Of a DNA stretch of 64,000 nucleotides, positions 41,565-54,960 are shown piece after piece; position 1 is the first letter of the stretch, and the number at the start of each line of letters is the position of its first letter. Where the stretch lies: assembly GCA_951406725.2 (NCBI GenBank), contig OX597830.1, forward strand, positions 18,414,001-18,478,000, written 5' to 3'. Both the position numbers and the translations under genes were made by a program. The notes under the pieces were generated by a model that worked only from the letters and a program-made list of their open reading frames with translations, was not told the DNA's origin and searched no databases. The stretch comes from Octopus vulgaris (Eukaryota).

Positions 41565-41737
41565 CGATTTTTTTTCCTGTCTTCCCTTCTCGAGATCTTT
41601 CCTTCTATGTTTCCGACGAAGAGCTCCGCTCGAAACGTTAAACCCTCCTTCTTCCCTCTTTCCTGAGCGTCCAATAATACTATATTTGTTCCACGTCCTC
41701 GTGTTGTTGTGTTTTTTTGTGTTTTCTTGTTTGGATC

Positions 41738-41740
<3 letters not shown>
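41565..41740 (+). mobile_element. Penelope-like short element with minimal hammerhead motif
   Basis: gttt CCGACGA agagc tcc gctc GAAA cg TT aaac at 41609-41643, followed by (TA)n. Confidence 0.6.
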
Positions 41741-41793
<53 letters not shown>

Positions 41794-41876
41794 GAGTACC
41801 TCATTAATTCTAATATATAATACCTGTACATCATCTCCAAACCTTCTAATATATATATATATATATATCTATATAT

Positions 41877-42207
41877 AGGTGTAGGAGTGGCTGTGTGGTA
41901 AGTAGTTTGCTTACCAACCACATGGTTCCCGGTTCAGTACCACTACGTGGCACCTTGGGCAAGTATCTTCTACTATAGCCTCGGGCCGACCAGAGCCTTG
42001 TGAGTGGATTTGGTAAACAGAAACTGAAAGAAGCCCATCGTATATATGTATATATATGTGTGTGTTTGTTCCCCCTACATCGCTTGATAACTGAAAGAAT
42101 AAGTGCTAGGCATACAAAGAATAAGTCCTGGGGTCGATTTGCTCGACTAAAGGCAGTGCTCCAGCTTGGCCAAGTCAAATGATTGAAACAAGTAAAAGAG
42201 TAAAGAG
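41877..42207 (+). mobile_element. SINE family B (internally deleted)
   Basis: Consensus match. Confidence 0.85.
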
Positions 42208-42437
42208 CATCTATCTATCTATCTATATATATATATATATATAGACATACATACATACATACATACATATATACATATATAGTGGGACAGGAGGCACCAT
42301 ATTCTTTAAGTGCTTAGGGCCTCTATGGGTCTTAATCTGGCTCTTCTGGTGATGGAATATAAAGTACTTGTAGAAGAGCTTAACTATCATTGGCTCACTC
42401 CATCTAGATACAAATAAGTTCTAGCAGAAGTTATAAC

Positions 42438-42666
42438 TTAACCCTTTCAATACCAACCCAGCTGAAACCGGTTCTGGCTCTGAGTACAAATGTCTTGTTT
42501 TCCTAATTTTTGAATTAAAATCTTCCACCAAACCTTAGTCACAATTTATATTCCTAACACTAGCTTAATGATAATCAAGTTATTTTATTAAATTCTTTGT
42601 TATATTTAAAATTAACTGAAAGAAGCACAGACCATCTCAACAGAAATACGGTAATGAAAGGGTTAA
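42438..42666 (+). mobile_element. piggyBac-type MITE family 1
   Basis: TTAA TSD and CCCT termini. Confidence 0.9.
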
Positions 42667-43555
42667 GACTACGGAAGAAAGATAAGGAAAAAACATGAGA
42701 CTGTATCCTTATAAAATAGATGCAGTTTTTGTCTAAATGTCCACTTAAGCTACTTAGCAAAAATATAATCAAGGTCACTGATGCAAGCAGTGGGAGCACT
42801 GTATCATTATTTAAGTGATGCATTAGCTTGCAGTGGTGTGTTTAGCTCCTTCAGTTTAAAGAAAGCTACAGTATGGTATCCACTCCAGTGTATTGTACTC
42901 TCCTTCAAATTACTCTTTTACTCTTTTACTTGTTTCAGTCATTTGACTGTGGCCATGCTGGAGCACCACCTTTTAGTTGAGCAAATCGATGGTGGGGGGA
43001 CAAACACAGACACACATACATATATATACATATATACAACGGGTTTCTTTCAGTTTCCGTCTACCAAATCCACTCACAAGGCATTGGTCGGCCCGAGGCT
43101 ATAGTAGAAGACACTTGCCCAAGGTGTCACGCAGTGGGACTGAACCTGGAATCATGTGGTTGGTAAGCAAACTACTTACCACACAGCCACTCCTGCGTAC
43201 AGAGTTAAAGGTATGGTTGTGTGGATAAGAAATTTGCTTTACAGCCACATGATTTCAGGTTTACCATGCCAGTGCCATGTAAAAGCACCTGTGCTGGTGC
43301 CACATGGAGGCACCAATGCCAGTGCCATGTAAAAATGCATGCATTGGTGTCACATGGAAGTGCTCATGTTGGTTCCACATAAAAGCACCCAGTACACTCT
43401 ATAAAATGGTTGGTGTTAGGAAGGGAGTCTAGCCATAGAAACCATGCCAAAACAAGCAAATGGAAATCAGGCAGATCTCCATCTCCAGCCAAACCGTCCA
43501 ACCCATGACAGCATGGAGAATGGATGTTAAATGATGATGATGATGATGATGATGA

Positions 43556-43914
43556 ATGCCATCTGTAGTAACATTATTATGAGCGGTTTACCAAAGCTTT
43601 TGGGTTCATCAATTTGTCGTGAGCAGGATTTAGAGAAACAAAAATGCAGGAGCTTGATGTGTGTGTGAAAGGTAGGAGAGTCCAGTTTGCTGGACATTGT
43701 TGTAGAGCTGAAAACGAGGTAATTTCTACTCTTCTCCTCTGGAAGCCATCTACTCGCAATACCAGAGGGCGCACGCTCTCCTACCCTGATGTAATCTCCA
43801 GGGATACAAGCATCCAGCAACAGGACCTCCGTAATGCTATGATGGACCGTGAAGTCTGGCGTAGCATGGTAAATTCCATTGTCTCGACCACGGTCGAACA
43901 ATGATGATGATGAT
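43556..43914 (+). mobile_element. RTE-clade LINE 3' end
   Basis: RRVQFAGHCCR...LLLWKP...AMMDREVWRSMV followed by a (tga)n tail. Confidence 0.8.
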
Positions 43915-44956
43915 ATGTGTGTGTAGATGTGTTCTAGACAGTTTCTCTACTAAATTCCACTCAATACTGGTTAACCTAAGGCTACGGAAAAAGACACCCA
44001 GTACATACATACAAGTGCAAGCGCACATGTGAGTGTGTGTGCACACGCAAGTGTATGCGTATGCTTTGGAGTTGAAGCTGCAGCCTGGCAGTGACACTGT
44101 ATAAATATTGTTTGATTGATTATTAGACTTCCATTTACCGATGATGAGGAGCAAAATAATAACATTATTATTGAGTGGATGGATTTCTACCAAAATACCA
44201 GACACTTGTTCTAGATAATGATTTTTTTGCCAAAATTCTTAATGGTATTGTATATCAGTGAAGGATGTAACATTGAGAAGAAAACTGAAAAAAATTTGAG
44301 AACAAAGCCCTTTGAGTGATGTTTGTTCTACACCAAGATACAGACACTCCCTTGTTACTCTTGCCATTAAAAATGTAGTAAGCCAGTTGTCAGCCCAGTG
44401 GAAACCTAAGTGCAAAAGTTAAATAAACAAATGTCTTCAACCACTGCTCCACCAACCCAATGTGTTACAGAGATATTTTTTTTCAGTAACGCATGAAGCA
44501 CAATAATAGACTCATTAATTAATTAAGATTTCGATGCAAAATGATATCAGACATAAGCATCAATTTAAAACAAAATAAAACAATAGGTCTTCTGTTAGAA
44601 GCTTAGCCGTGTTTCTAGTGCTTTTCCAAGCAGCCCCACCACCCCTGATAACCCCCCCTCCCCCAGTGCTATCAAGTATATTTATTATAAAGCACCTATC
44701 ATTCTCGTTTTTCCCAAATTAGGCACTTCTTTTTATTTTGTTTTACTATTATTTTAACTGTACTGGTTTATCTCAACAAAAATAATTAATCAGTCTCCTT
44801 GGGCAAGTTGGGTATTCTATTCTGATATCACAATAACGTTGATTGTCAGAGCAGTTTTTAAGAAAATAATTGAAAATGCCTAATAACTTTAAACAATTTG
44901 TTGGGACACTACAAAAAGCTTGATGACTTTTATATTGTCAACATTATTTCCATTTG

Positions 44957-45240
44957 TGGAGGCGCAATGGCCCGGTGATTAGGGCAGCGGACTCACGATC
45001 GGAGGATTGCGGTTTCGATTCCCAGACCAGGCGTTGTGTGTGTTTACTGAGCGAAAGCACCTAAAGCTCCATGAGGCTCCGGCAGGGGGTGGTGGCGATC
45101 CCTGCTTCTTGAGTAACGCTGCGGTGGACTGGCATCCCGTCCAGCTGGAGGGAACACATACGCTACAGAAACCGGGAAACCAGGCCCATGAGCCTGGCTA
45201 GGCTTGAAAAGGGTGCATAAATAAATAAAAAAATAAATAA
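44957..45240 (+). mobile_element. tRNA-derived SINE, family A
   Basis: A/B boxes and family A body. Confidence 0.85.
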
Positions 45241-45964
45241 ATTATTTCTATTTAATGACACATGATGTGTGTACTCCTCAACCAACAAAATTCTTACATT
45301 TTCTATTGTACAAGAATCCCTTTACTATTTGTCATCAATAAATTGGTGCAGGGACTGTTATGTAGTTAAGAAGTTTGCTTTCCAACCATAAGCTCTTGGG
45401 TTTGGTCCCACTTTGTGGGATCTTGGGCAAGTGTCTTCTACTGCCCAAGGCCAACTAAAGCCTTGTGAGTTGATTTGGTAGATGGAAAGTGTTGTGTGAG
45501 TGTGTGTGTGTGCATATACATGTGTGTTCTTGTCTTGCTATCACTGTCATACAAGCAATGTTGTTTGTTTCTAGTCTCCCATGCATAACATGGTTAGGCC
45601 AAGGAAAATTACTACCTTACCAGGAAAAAAAAAAATTTGCTTCGACAAAATTTTGTCTGACCCATGCAAGCATGGGAAAGCAGATGTTAAACAATGATGA
45701 TGATGCAGAAACATACAGTAAACATCTCTTCAGCTGCATAGATACACCTACAAACACCAGCAGACAGAGTCTACAGTGAGAAGCTTTCTGGCCATCAAGG
45801 AAGACAGCAGCTTGACATTGTCAGGTCATACACAACTGGTATTTGTTAAGCTCCAGATTAACTCTAAGTATGTATTCCAGTCATGACTACACTACTTTTT
45901 ATATGAGTATTTACAACTCCAATAGACAATGTTTCTTTTCTTTTTCTAGACAGTAGTGTATGGT

Positions 45965-46192
45965 TTAACCCTTTAGTGTTTAAACCGGCCATATCAGGCC
46001 AAATTTGTCTTCCTGTTTTATACACAAACCAGCCAGCTCTGACCTCTCACACCTACCCTACAAAGTCATTCTAAAAATAAACAGGGACATCATCAAAATC
46101 TCAGAGTTACAAGATGCTGTACAATTAATTTAAAACAATGTGATTAAAGAGGCTTTACATTTGGCAGAGTAATCTGAATGCTAGAGGGTTAA
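45965..46192 (+). mobile_element. piggyBac-type MITE family 2
   Basis: ttaacccttt...agagggttaa; reverse copy at 63447-63674. Confidence 0.8.
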
Positions 46193-46694
46193 GAGAGATT
46201 TGATTATTATGTAGAGGTTCCCTTGTTGGCCCATCATGATGTTAGATGTGACTGACCCCTAAGTTTGTGGTGGTTGGATATCACTATCTTCCTCCTCATC
46301 ATTATCTTCGTCAGCATTGTCATTATGATAAATTAGAAACAAAAACCCTGTTGTTATTTATACATTGTCTCAGGGAAATGCCTCTCTATTTAGGCACTGA
46401 AATATAGAAAGTGAAGTAAGAAAGGATCAGCAGACAAAGAATTGGTCTAAATTCATTCTAGATTATGACGACAAAAATAGCCTGGAAGGCATTCAGGCCG
46501 CTATCTGATTATAATTCCAATAATTGCCGGTTATTACTGCCATAACCCGTGATACAAGGGCAAATCTATCATGCTGTCTATTATCCACCTGAATGTAGGA
46601 TTACAGCTTTTCACATACTAATCCTTCCAACAAACACTAATGTTAGTATTGCTACTATAATTATTACTATTATCATAATAATAATAATAATAAT

Positions 46695-46735
<41 letters not shown>

Positions 46736-46970
46736 GTTGTTGTTGTTATTATTTAGGGCAGTGGATAGGTAGAATTGTTAGGGTGTCAGAAAAAAAATAC
46801 TTTGCAGCACATTTTTTCTTGCTTTTCTTTTTCTTTTTTTTGTCCAAATCCCGCCAAGATCAACTTTGCTTTCCATCCCTTTGGAGGTCAATGAAATAAA
46901 GTACCAGTCAAATTCTCAGGTAGTGGCTACTGGTTAACCCACTCCTTTCAAAATTGTTGGACTTCTACAT

Positions 46971-47010
<40 letters not shown>

Positions 47011-47191
47011 TATTATTATTATTATTATTAAGATGGAGTGGCTGTGTGGTAAGTAGCTTGCTTACCAGCCACATGTTTCCGGGTTCAGTCCCACTGTGTG
47101 GGACCTTGGGCAAATGTCTTCTACAAGGCTGACCAAAGCCTTGTGAGTGGATTTGGTAGATGGAAACTGAAAGAAGTCCGCTGTATATATG

Positions 47192-47224
<33 letters not shown>

Positions 47225-47262
47225 TTAAAAAAAGGAGATGTCGAACACGAGTGGTGATATAT

Positions 47263-47458
47263 AAAAAGGAAATGAAGAAAATGCTGACAAATAATTGAAG
47301 TAATTTAATTAGGTGAAAGTTCTTTTTACCGGTTGCGCATTTGTTATGCTTATCAAAATATGTTGATTTTGATAAGCATAACAAATGCGCAACCGGTAAA
47401 AAGAACTTTCACCTAATTAAATTACTTCAATTATTTGTCAGCATTTTCTTCATTTCCT

Positions 47459-47462
<4 letters not shown>
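47263..47462. repeat. Perfect 97-bp-arm inverted repeat (6-nt loop) inside the TA tract of a family B SINE
   Basis: Arms 47263-47359 and 47366-47462; degenerate hammerhead motif TTGATAA gcat aacaa atgc GCAA ccgg TA. Confidence 0.9.
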
Positions 47463-47518
<56 letters not shown>

Positions 47519-47747
47519 TTGTGTGTCTCTGTTTAGCCCCCCCCCTCCACCACCACCACCACATCGCTTGACAACTGATGCTGGTGTGTTTACGTCCCCG
47601 TAACTTAGTGGTTCGGCAAAAGAGACCAATGGAATAAGCACCAGGTTTCCAAAGAATAAGTCCTGGGGTCGATTTGCTCGACTAAAGGTGGTGCTCCAGC
47701 ATGGCCATAGTCAAATGACTGAAACAGGTAAAAGAGTAAAAGAGTAA

Positions 47748-48589
47748 GATGGTGAGCTGACAGAATCATTATCACACTAGGCAAAATGCTTAACAGTATT
47801 TCATCCATCTTTACATTCTAGGCTCAAATTCCACTGAGGTTTACTTTGCCTTTCATCCTTTCAAGATGGATAAAATAAGTACCAGTTGAACACTGGGGTC
47901 AATGTAATTCACTTATCCCCACCCCTGAACTTGCTGGCCTTGTGCCAAAATTTGAAATCATTATTATGATTATTATTATTAAGACAGCGAGTTGGCAGAA
48001 TCGTTAGCATGCCGGGCGAAATGCATAGCCGTATTTCGTCTGCTGTTACGTTCTGAATTCAAATTCTGCCGAGGTCGACTTTGCCTTTCATCCTTTTGGG
48101 GTTGATAAATTAAGTACCAGTTATGCCCTGGGGTTGATATAATCAACTTAATCCGTTTGTCTGTCCTTGTTTGTCCCCAGACCCTTGCGGGTAGTAAAGA
48201 AATAGGTATTTCACCTGTCTTTATGTTGTGAGTTCAAATTCCGCCAAGGTCAACTTTGCCTTTCATCCTTTCGGGGTCGATAAAATAAGTATCAGTTGAG
48301 TACCGGAGTAGATGTAATCAACTTGTCCCCTCCCCCAAATTTCGGACTTTGTGCCTATAGTAGAAAGGATGATTATTAAGGTGGTGAGCTGGCAGAATTG
48401 TTACTACAGCGGGCAAAATGCTTAGTGTTATTCCATTTGTCTCCATGTTCTGAGTTCAAATTCTGCTGAGGTCAGCCTTGCTTTCATCCTTTCAGGGTTG
48501 ATAAATTTAGTACTAGTTGAATACTTGTGTTGATGTATTCAACTATCCCCCTCCCCCAAATTTCAAGCCTTGTGCCTTTAGCGGAAAGA

Positions 48590-48630
<41 letters not shown>

Positions 48631-48845
48631 GGAAGTGAGCTGGCAGAATTGTTAACACACCAGGCAAAATGCTTAGCAGTATTTCGCTCGTGTTTACGCT
48701 TTGAGTTCAAATTCCGCCAAGGTTGATTTTGCCTTTTATTCTTTCGGGGTCAATAAATTAAGTACCAGTTGAGTACTGGGGTTGATGTAATTGACTATCC
48801 CCCTCCTTCCAATTTCAGGCCTTGTGCTTATAGTAGAAAGGATTA
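47748..48845 (+). mobile_element. Head-to-tail array of ~5 family C SINE units
   Basis: Repeated ggtgagctggcagaa...gagttcaaattcc...gcctttcatcctttcggggtcgat units separated by (att)n. Confidence 0.85.
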
Positions 48846-48894
48846 TTATTATTATTATTATTATTAGTAGTAGTAGTAGTAGTATTAGTATTGG

Positions 48895-49430
48895 GTGAGA
48901 GAGCAGTGCATGCCATCAAAGTGACACTGGTGGTAAAATAAACAAAGCCCAGTATACCAGTCATGACTACCCATCTGATGAGGGTACACTAGGCACATGC
49001 ATCACAACCATATGTATGTGACATGGTATTTCATATCAAGATAAACAGCGCATGACCTTGAAGGTGGGGCCTAGTTAGAATTTTCTTCTGGTCGAGTAGC
49101 CCACCCTGCTCAAAAGGTTTCTGAATAAGGGTTGTTTAAAGATGTTCAACGAAACACCCATGTTTCCAGAGGTGAATTATTCAAACCCCTAAGAGTCCCT
49201 TTCAACACATGGCTATGATGCTCCCCCACTACTTCTGCTCATGATCAGAGATGCACATATCGTCAGTCACCAAGGAACATGACCAACTGGTTATGGTTAA
49301 ACAACTGACAAGCAAATCTGTGGTATTGAGCAGAATATTTGCTGTAGCCCATCTTTTATACCAAGACAAAACAATGTACATGATAACACTTCCAATCAGT
49401 TAAGATCAGAAGCCACGAGAGCCACTGCCT

Positions 49431-49431
<1 letters not shown>
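48895..49431 (-). repeat. Unclassified interspersed repeat (probable LINE 3' UTR-type element with (aat)n tail)
   Basis: Bounded by trinucleotide tracts and compositionally distinct; no ORF. Confidence 0.4.
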
Positions 49432-49474
<43 letters not shown>

Positions 49475-49727
49475 TTGAACAGGCGAACCTTAAGATGTGT
49501 GCAGCCTAGTCTTTTAGAAAGACAGAACTGTATTTGTATGCAACATTAGTTTTGCATAGCCAGGTGGGGGATTATCTTGTTCCTGGTGTTATTTTAGAGC
49601 TCCATCTGTTATGTAGTGTATATGAAATGTAAGTTTTATTATGTGTATATAGTATTGTATTGATTGTGTAGAATATGTGTTGTGTTAGTTATAAGTACAT
49701 CAAATGTGTAGACTGTCAATAGTATCA

Positions 49728-49788
<61 letters not shown>

Positions 49789-50274
49789 CACTGGCAAGAA
49801 AGAGAGGATAGCCCTCTTGTCTTGAGGCTACGGTGAAGGAAGTTAAAATAATTGAGACCGGAGCTTTTCTTCTCTGGCCAAAATTCCAACTTCTTCAAAT
49901 AGTACTTGAAGAACAAGGTGAGAGTAAAGAGGGAAGATGCACATTGGTAAATTTCATAAAAGGTGGATGCGAGTGGTGAAATTGGATTTCAATTCAGAAT
50001 GTAAAAGTCTGCAATTAAATGCAGCAAGCATTCTGACCGAAGCTTTAATGGTTCATGATACTGCCAATCTATTATTCTTGGCAAGGTGATCACAGATGAG
50101 AAAAAGGATATAACAGGGATTCTATCCAACTCTACGCATTCTGACATCTACCACTTTCATTATAACCATTTCTGACATAGGCTCAGGTCCAGAAATTTGT
50201 AAAAGAAGGGGTTAGTTTATTTAATTGACCCAGTATTTCACTGGTACTTTATTACCAGCCACAGAAGGATGAAA

Positions 50275-50677
50275 GGCGGTGAACTGGCAGAAGCGTTAGC
50301 ACGCCGGGCGAAATGCTTAGCGGTATTTCATCTGCCGTTACGTTCTGAGTTCAAATTCCACCGAGGTCGACTTTGCCTTTCATCCTTTCGGGGTCGATTA
50401 AATAAGCATCAGTTACGCACCAGGGGTGATGTAATTGACTTAATCCGTTTGTGCCCTCTGTGTTTAGCCCCTTGTGGGCAGTAAAGAAATAAGTATTTCA
50501 TTTGCCGTTACATTCTGAGTTCAAATTCCGCCGAGGTCGACTTTGCCTTTCATCCTTTCGGGGTCGATTAAATAAGTACCAGTTACGCAATGGGGTCGAT
50601 ATAATCGACTTAATACCTTTGTCTGTCCTCATTTGTCCTCCCTATGTTTAGCCCCTTGTGGGCAATAAAAAAATAAG
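50275..50677 (+). mobile_element. Family C SINE dimer inserted in an antisense family C SINE
   Basis: Two tandem bodies; TSD agaaggatgaaa. Confidence 0.85.
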
Positions 50678-51756
50678 AAGGATGAAATGCAAAGTTGGTC
50701 TCAACAGGATTTGAACTCAGACGGTAAAGGAATGTAGCTGAATACCTGAAAGCATTTTGTTTGACACTACCCATTTTGCCATCCACCATCCTCAATGATG
50801 ATGAAAGAAGGCTTAGAAAAGCACCAAATCTAACATGAATAGTTATTTCATGATAAAATTTGACTTCACAAATATAACACCGTAACCTTAATAAGACAAT
50901 GTATTAACTCATACTAGCTAGATAGACACACATACATATATAAACATACACTGCACATAACCACACTCGTAGCTAAACACACAAACAAAACACATGCACA
51001 GAAAACAAAAACCAGAGATAAGCACACTAGCAAATGAAGGAGTCTCTACTTGGGTCATTCGACCTACTGGAAACAGAGAACAAAGTTTCTCAAACCACAT
51101 TCTACAGTTTACAAGGGAAAGAAGACATACATATGCAGGATAATATAATCCTGGAAACATTATACCTTAAACAAATACAGAATGATCACTGCTTGAACGC
51201 CTTTGATTGTAGGTCTGCTCAATCCAGGTTGACTCGGGTCAAAGCAACAATACATACAAATACACAATCTTACTCTAGTGTTTAGACAAATTTCAAAAGT
51301 CATGGAGTGTAAAACTTCTGGCAGTGAGGTTGCACCTATTAGAAATCTGATAGTGACTCGTCATGTCAGTCAGTCATGCATTGCACTGGGATTATAACTT
51401 GAGCACAGTGTGGTGAGTTAACCCTTTTCATATCAATTGCCTCTATTACTATGATACAAAACTGTTTTATATTCTAGATATTCTAGTTTCTTCCACCACT
51501 ATTTTACGAAAGAACTTTTTTGTTATATTCCAAACACCAACTTAATAATGAAAATAATACTTGTTTTACTAAACCACATTAAATTTTTGATTAGATTTTG
51601 AAATTAATTGAAACACATAGATAAGATATTTCTTTGGAAATATGGTGACAAATGGTTAACATTAAATGAATAATTGAATACACTTTGCTGAAACTAATGG
51701 TAATGCATTTCCTTTACCAGTTTAACTGAATGAGATGTCACTTTGTCCTAGACAGC

Positions 51757-52062
51757 TGGAGGCACATGGCCTAGTGGTTAGAGCAACGGACTCGCAGTCG
51801 AGGGATCGCGGGTTCGAATCTCAGACCGGGTGATGTGTGTGTTTATGAGCGAAACACCTAAGCTCCACGCGGCTCCGGCAGAAGGTGATGGCGAACTTCT
51901 GCTGACTCTTTCGCCACAACTTTCTCTCACTCTTTTCTCCTGCATCTAGCAGCTCACCTGCGATGGGCCAGTGTCTCGTTCAGGTGGGGAACCTATATGC
52001 CAAGGAAACTGGGAAACCGGCCCTTATGAGCCAGGCATGGCTTGACAAGGAACAAACAAAAC
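51757..52062 (+). mobile_element. tRNA(Arg)-like SINE, family A
   Basis: tggcctagtggttagagc...ggacTCGcag...ggttcgaatctc, (acaa)n tail. Confidence 0.85.
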
Positions 52063-54042
52063 ATACAACAGACAGCTGTGACTATTCTATCCTTTTGTTG
52101 AACACAGAGCACTCAGGATCACATTATCTCATGTGTCCTTTCTTAGAATGGAAGGGTGAACTTGGAGGGAGATTTGGCTCCTTTTTCTAAGTGGCTGAGT
52201 GACTGCATAGCTGCACCTCTATTGACTTATGGTAGGCATGGTACTGTCAAAGGTAAGAGTACAAATATAAAAGGTGTATTTGGTAAAGATCAATGTTTCT
52301 ATTTCTTTACTGTCCACAAGGGGCTAAACACAGGGGGGACAAACAAGGACAGACAAACGGATTAAGTCGATTATATTGGCCCCAGTGCATAACTGGTACT
52401 TATTTAATCGACCCCGAAAGGATGAAAGGCAAAGTCGACCTCGGCAGAATTTGAACTCAGAACGTAGTGACGGACGAAATACTGCTAAGCATTTCGACTG
52501 GCGTGCTAACTTGTAGTGCTTGGTTCAAATCTGACAATAGACATTGCACACAGATCTGGGCACAAACTAATTTGTCCTTCATACAACATAAAAATGAAAC
52601 CCGCAAAAGTTTTCTTCACTTTCTTGTGCATGGTTGACTTTCAGTTTATTTGAATATGAAACACAATTTGTTATAACATTTTTAACTAATGGATTATTGA
52701 CCATATAATCATGGGTTTGAATTTTACCATTAAATTGATTGTGTTATGATCCTGGGAAAGATTCATGACTGCTTGCTTAACCTGGTTTAGCCCACTCACT
52801 TTCCACACCAATTCCACTTATTTCCCAATTAAATATAAAATAAAAAAAGCAGACCATTCAGCTATAAAAATAATTCTCCCAAAAGGGAGTAAATTTACAG
52901 AACCTACTCTATCCAGACTAGCATGAGAAAATGGATTTATCATAAATCAGTTTCAATATGAGAAGTACCAAAATACATTTGGTGTGTCCTCCAAGATTAA
53001 ATTGAAAGTGTTTATTCTTTTGATGATAATTAATCCCCAAGTTGCCGAGATGGAAACAAATAATCTTAACTACATTTTGAACTAATTACATTACTCTTTT
53101 ACTTGTTTCAGTCATTTGACTGTGGCCATGCTGGAGCACTGCCTTTTATTCTTTGGAAGCCTATCGGTCTCTTTTGCCAAACCGCTAAGTTACGGGGACG
53201 TAAACACACCAGCGTTAGTTGTCAAGCGATGTTGGGGTGACAAACACAGACACAAACCCACACACACATATATATACATATACACGACAGGCTTCTTTCA
53301 GTTTCCGTCTACCAAATCCACTCACAAAGCTTTGGTCGGTCCAAGGCTATAATAGAAAACACTTGCCCAAGGTGCCACTCAGTGGGACTTAACCCAGAAC
53401 CATGTGGTTGGTAAGCAAGCTACTTACCACACAGCCATTCCTGTACCTAAACAAATTTTAAGTTGAAGCTGTTTAACTCTTTTAATGTCAACCTTCCTGA
53501 TACTGACCCCCCAATGTTCTATGAAACGAAACATACCTGATTTGAAGTGTTTACATTTAAATTCAACCCTTATATCAAAATTTTATGTAAGAGATTTTTG
53601 TTATGCTATCTTCCAATATTTTCCAAACATTAAATTAATTAAGACAAAGTTAGTTATTTTACTATGATCCCTCCAAGTTCTTCATTATTTACATGATTGA
53701 TCAAAACACAACGACTGCATATTTCCTTTGAAATAGGTTAAAATGCATATTTGGTTATTAATATGAACATCTAAATATTTGTATTGAAGTTAGAAATATT
53801 GCAAACTTACATTCAATTCAAAAGTAATTTTTCTATATTCTTAGAAGGGTGATAACCGATGCTGGTGTGTTTACGTCCCTGTAACTTACCGGTTCGGCAA
53901 AAGAGACCGATAGAATAAGTACTAGGCTTACAAAGAAAAAGTCCTGGGGTCGATTTCTTCGACTAGAGGCAGTGCTCCAGCATGGCCAGAGTCAAATGAC
54001 TGAAACAAGTAAAAGTAAAAGAGTAAAAGAGATATATAGAAT

Positions 54043-54272
54043 TTAACCCTTTCGTTACCAACCCGGATGAAACCGGCTCTGACTCTGTAGTACAAATGTC
54101 TTGTTTTCAGGAGTTTTGAATCAAAATCTTCCACCAAACCTTAGCCACAATTTATGTTCCTAACACCAGCTGAAAGATAACTAAGTTATTTTACTAAATT
54201 CTTTGTTATATTTAAAATTAATTGAGAGAAACACAGAGCATCTCAAAATAAATACGGTAACGAAAGGGTTAA
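54043..54272 (+). mobile_element. piggyBac-type MITE family 1
   Basis: Perfect ttaaccctttcgttacc / ggtaacgaaagggttaa termini. Confidence 0.9.
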
Positions 54273-54513
54273 GACTTTAACATTGTAGGATGCTAAAAAG
54301 TCGTCTGATGTTTTCCCTTGGCCACGTATGGTTGTTATGGTTACGTGCTTTCAATCACTAACAGAAATTTATGATTAGTCTAATTACGAGTAAGGGAACC
54401 AGAGATAGAACTAAGGTTGCTGTAGATGCTGAAGGTATCTATCACAAATTAAGGAGTCAGACTGATTATACAGCTTGCATGCACACATACATTATTTTGT
54501 ATATATTATAAAA

Positions 54514-54547
<34 letters not shown>

Positions 54548-54960
54548 CATATTATAGACAAATATACATGCAAGCGTATACACATACATATGTATGTATA
54601 TGATATGGTCCATTTCAATGCAAACTGTTAAATAATCCACATTCCAGAGGCCATATATTCCAGTCCCTCTCCTGACTCCCAACCAACCTCATCCTATCGT
54701 ATGGTATCACATATCACAATATATCCTTCCACATGTGTTCCTCATTGACTTACTGTCAATCTTATTATCAGCCAACATCTTCACACACAATCAGACATAT
54801 TTCTCAACATTCTCTATCACCACTACTACAACTACTACTACTACTGCTGCCGTTGCTTCTACTACAACTGTCCAAGAGATCTTCTCTCAAACCAGTTAGT
54901 TAGTTAGATCTCTCCAACCAGCTTTGTTTTCTGCCACTGTTCTGGTTCCATTCCAGCTTC

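Noticed and set aside
51757-51832. tRNA-Arg-like gene (also at 338, 12720, 13362 and 44957)
   Set aside because: No proper acceptor stem, and it continues into a SINE body; these are SINE heads.
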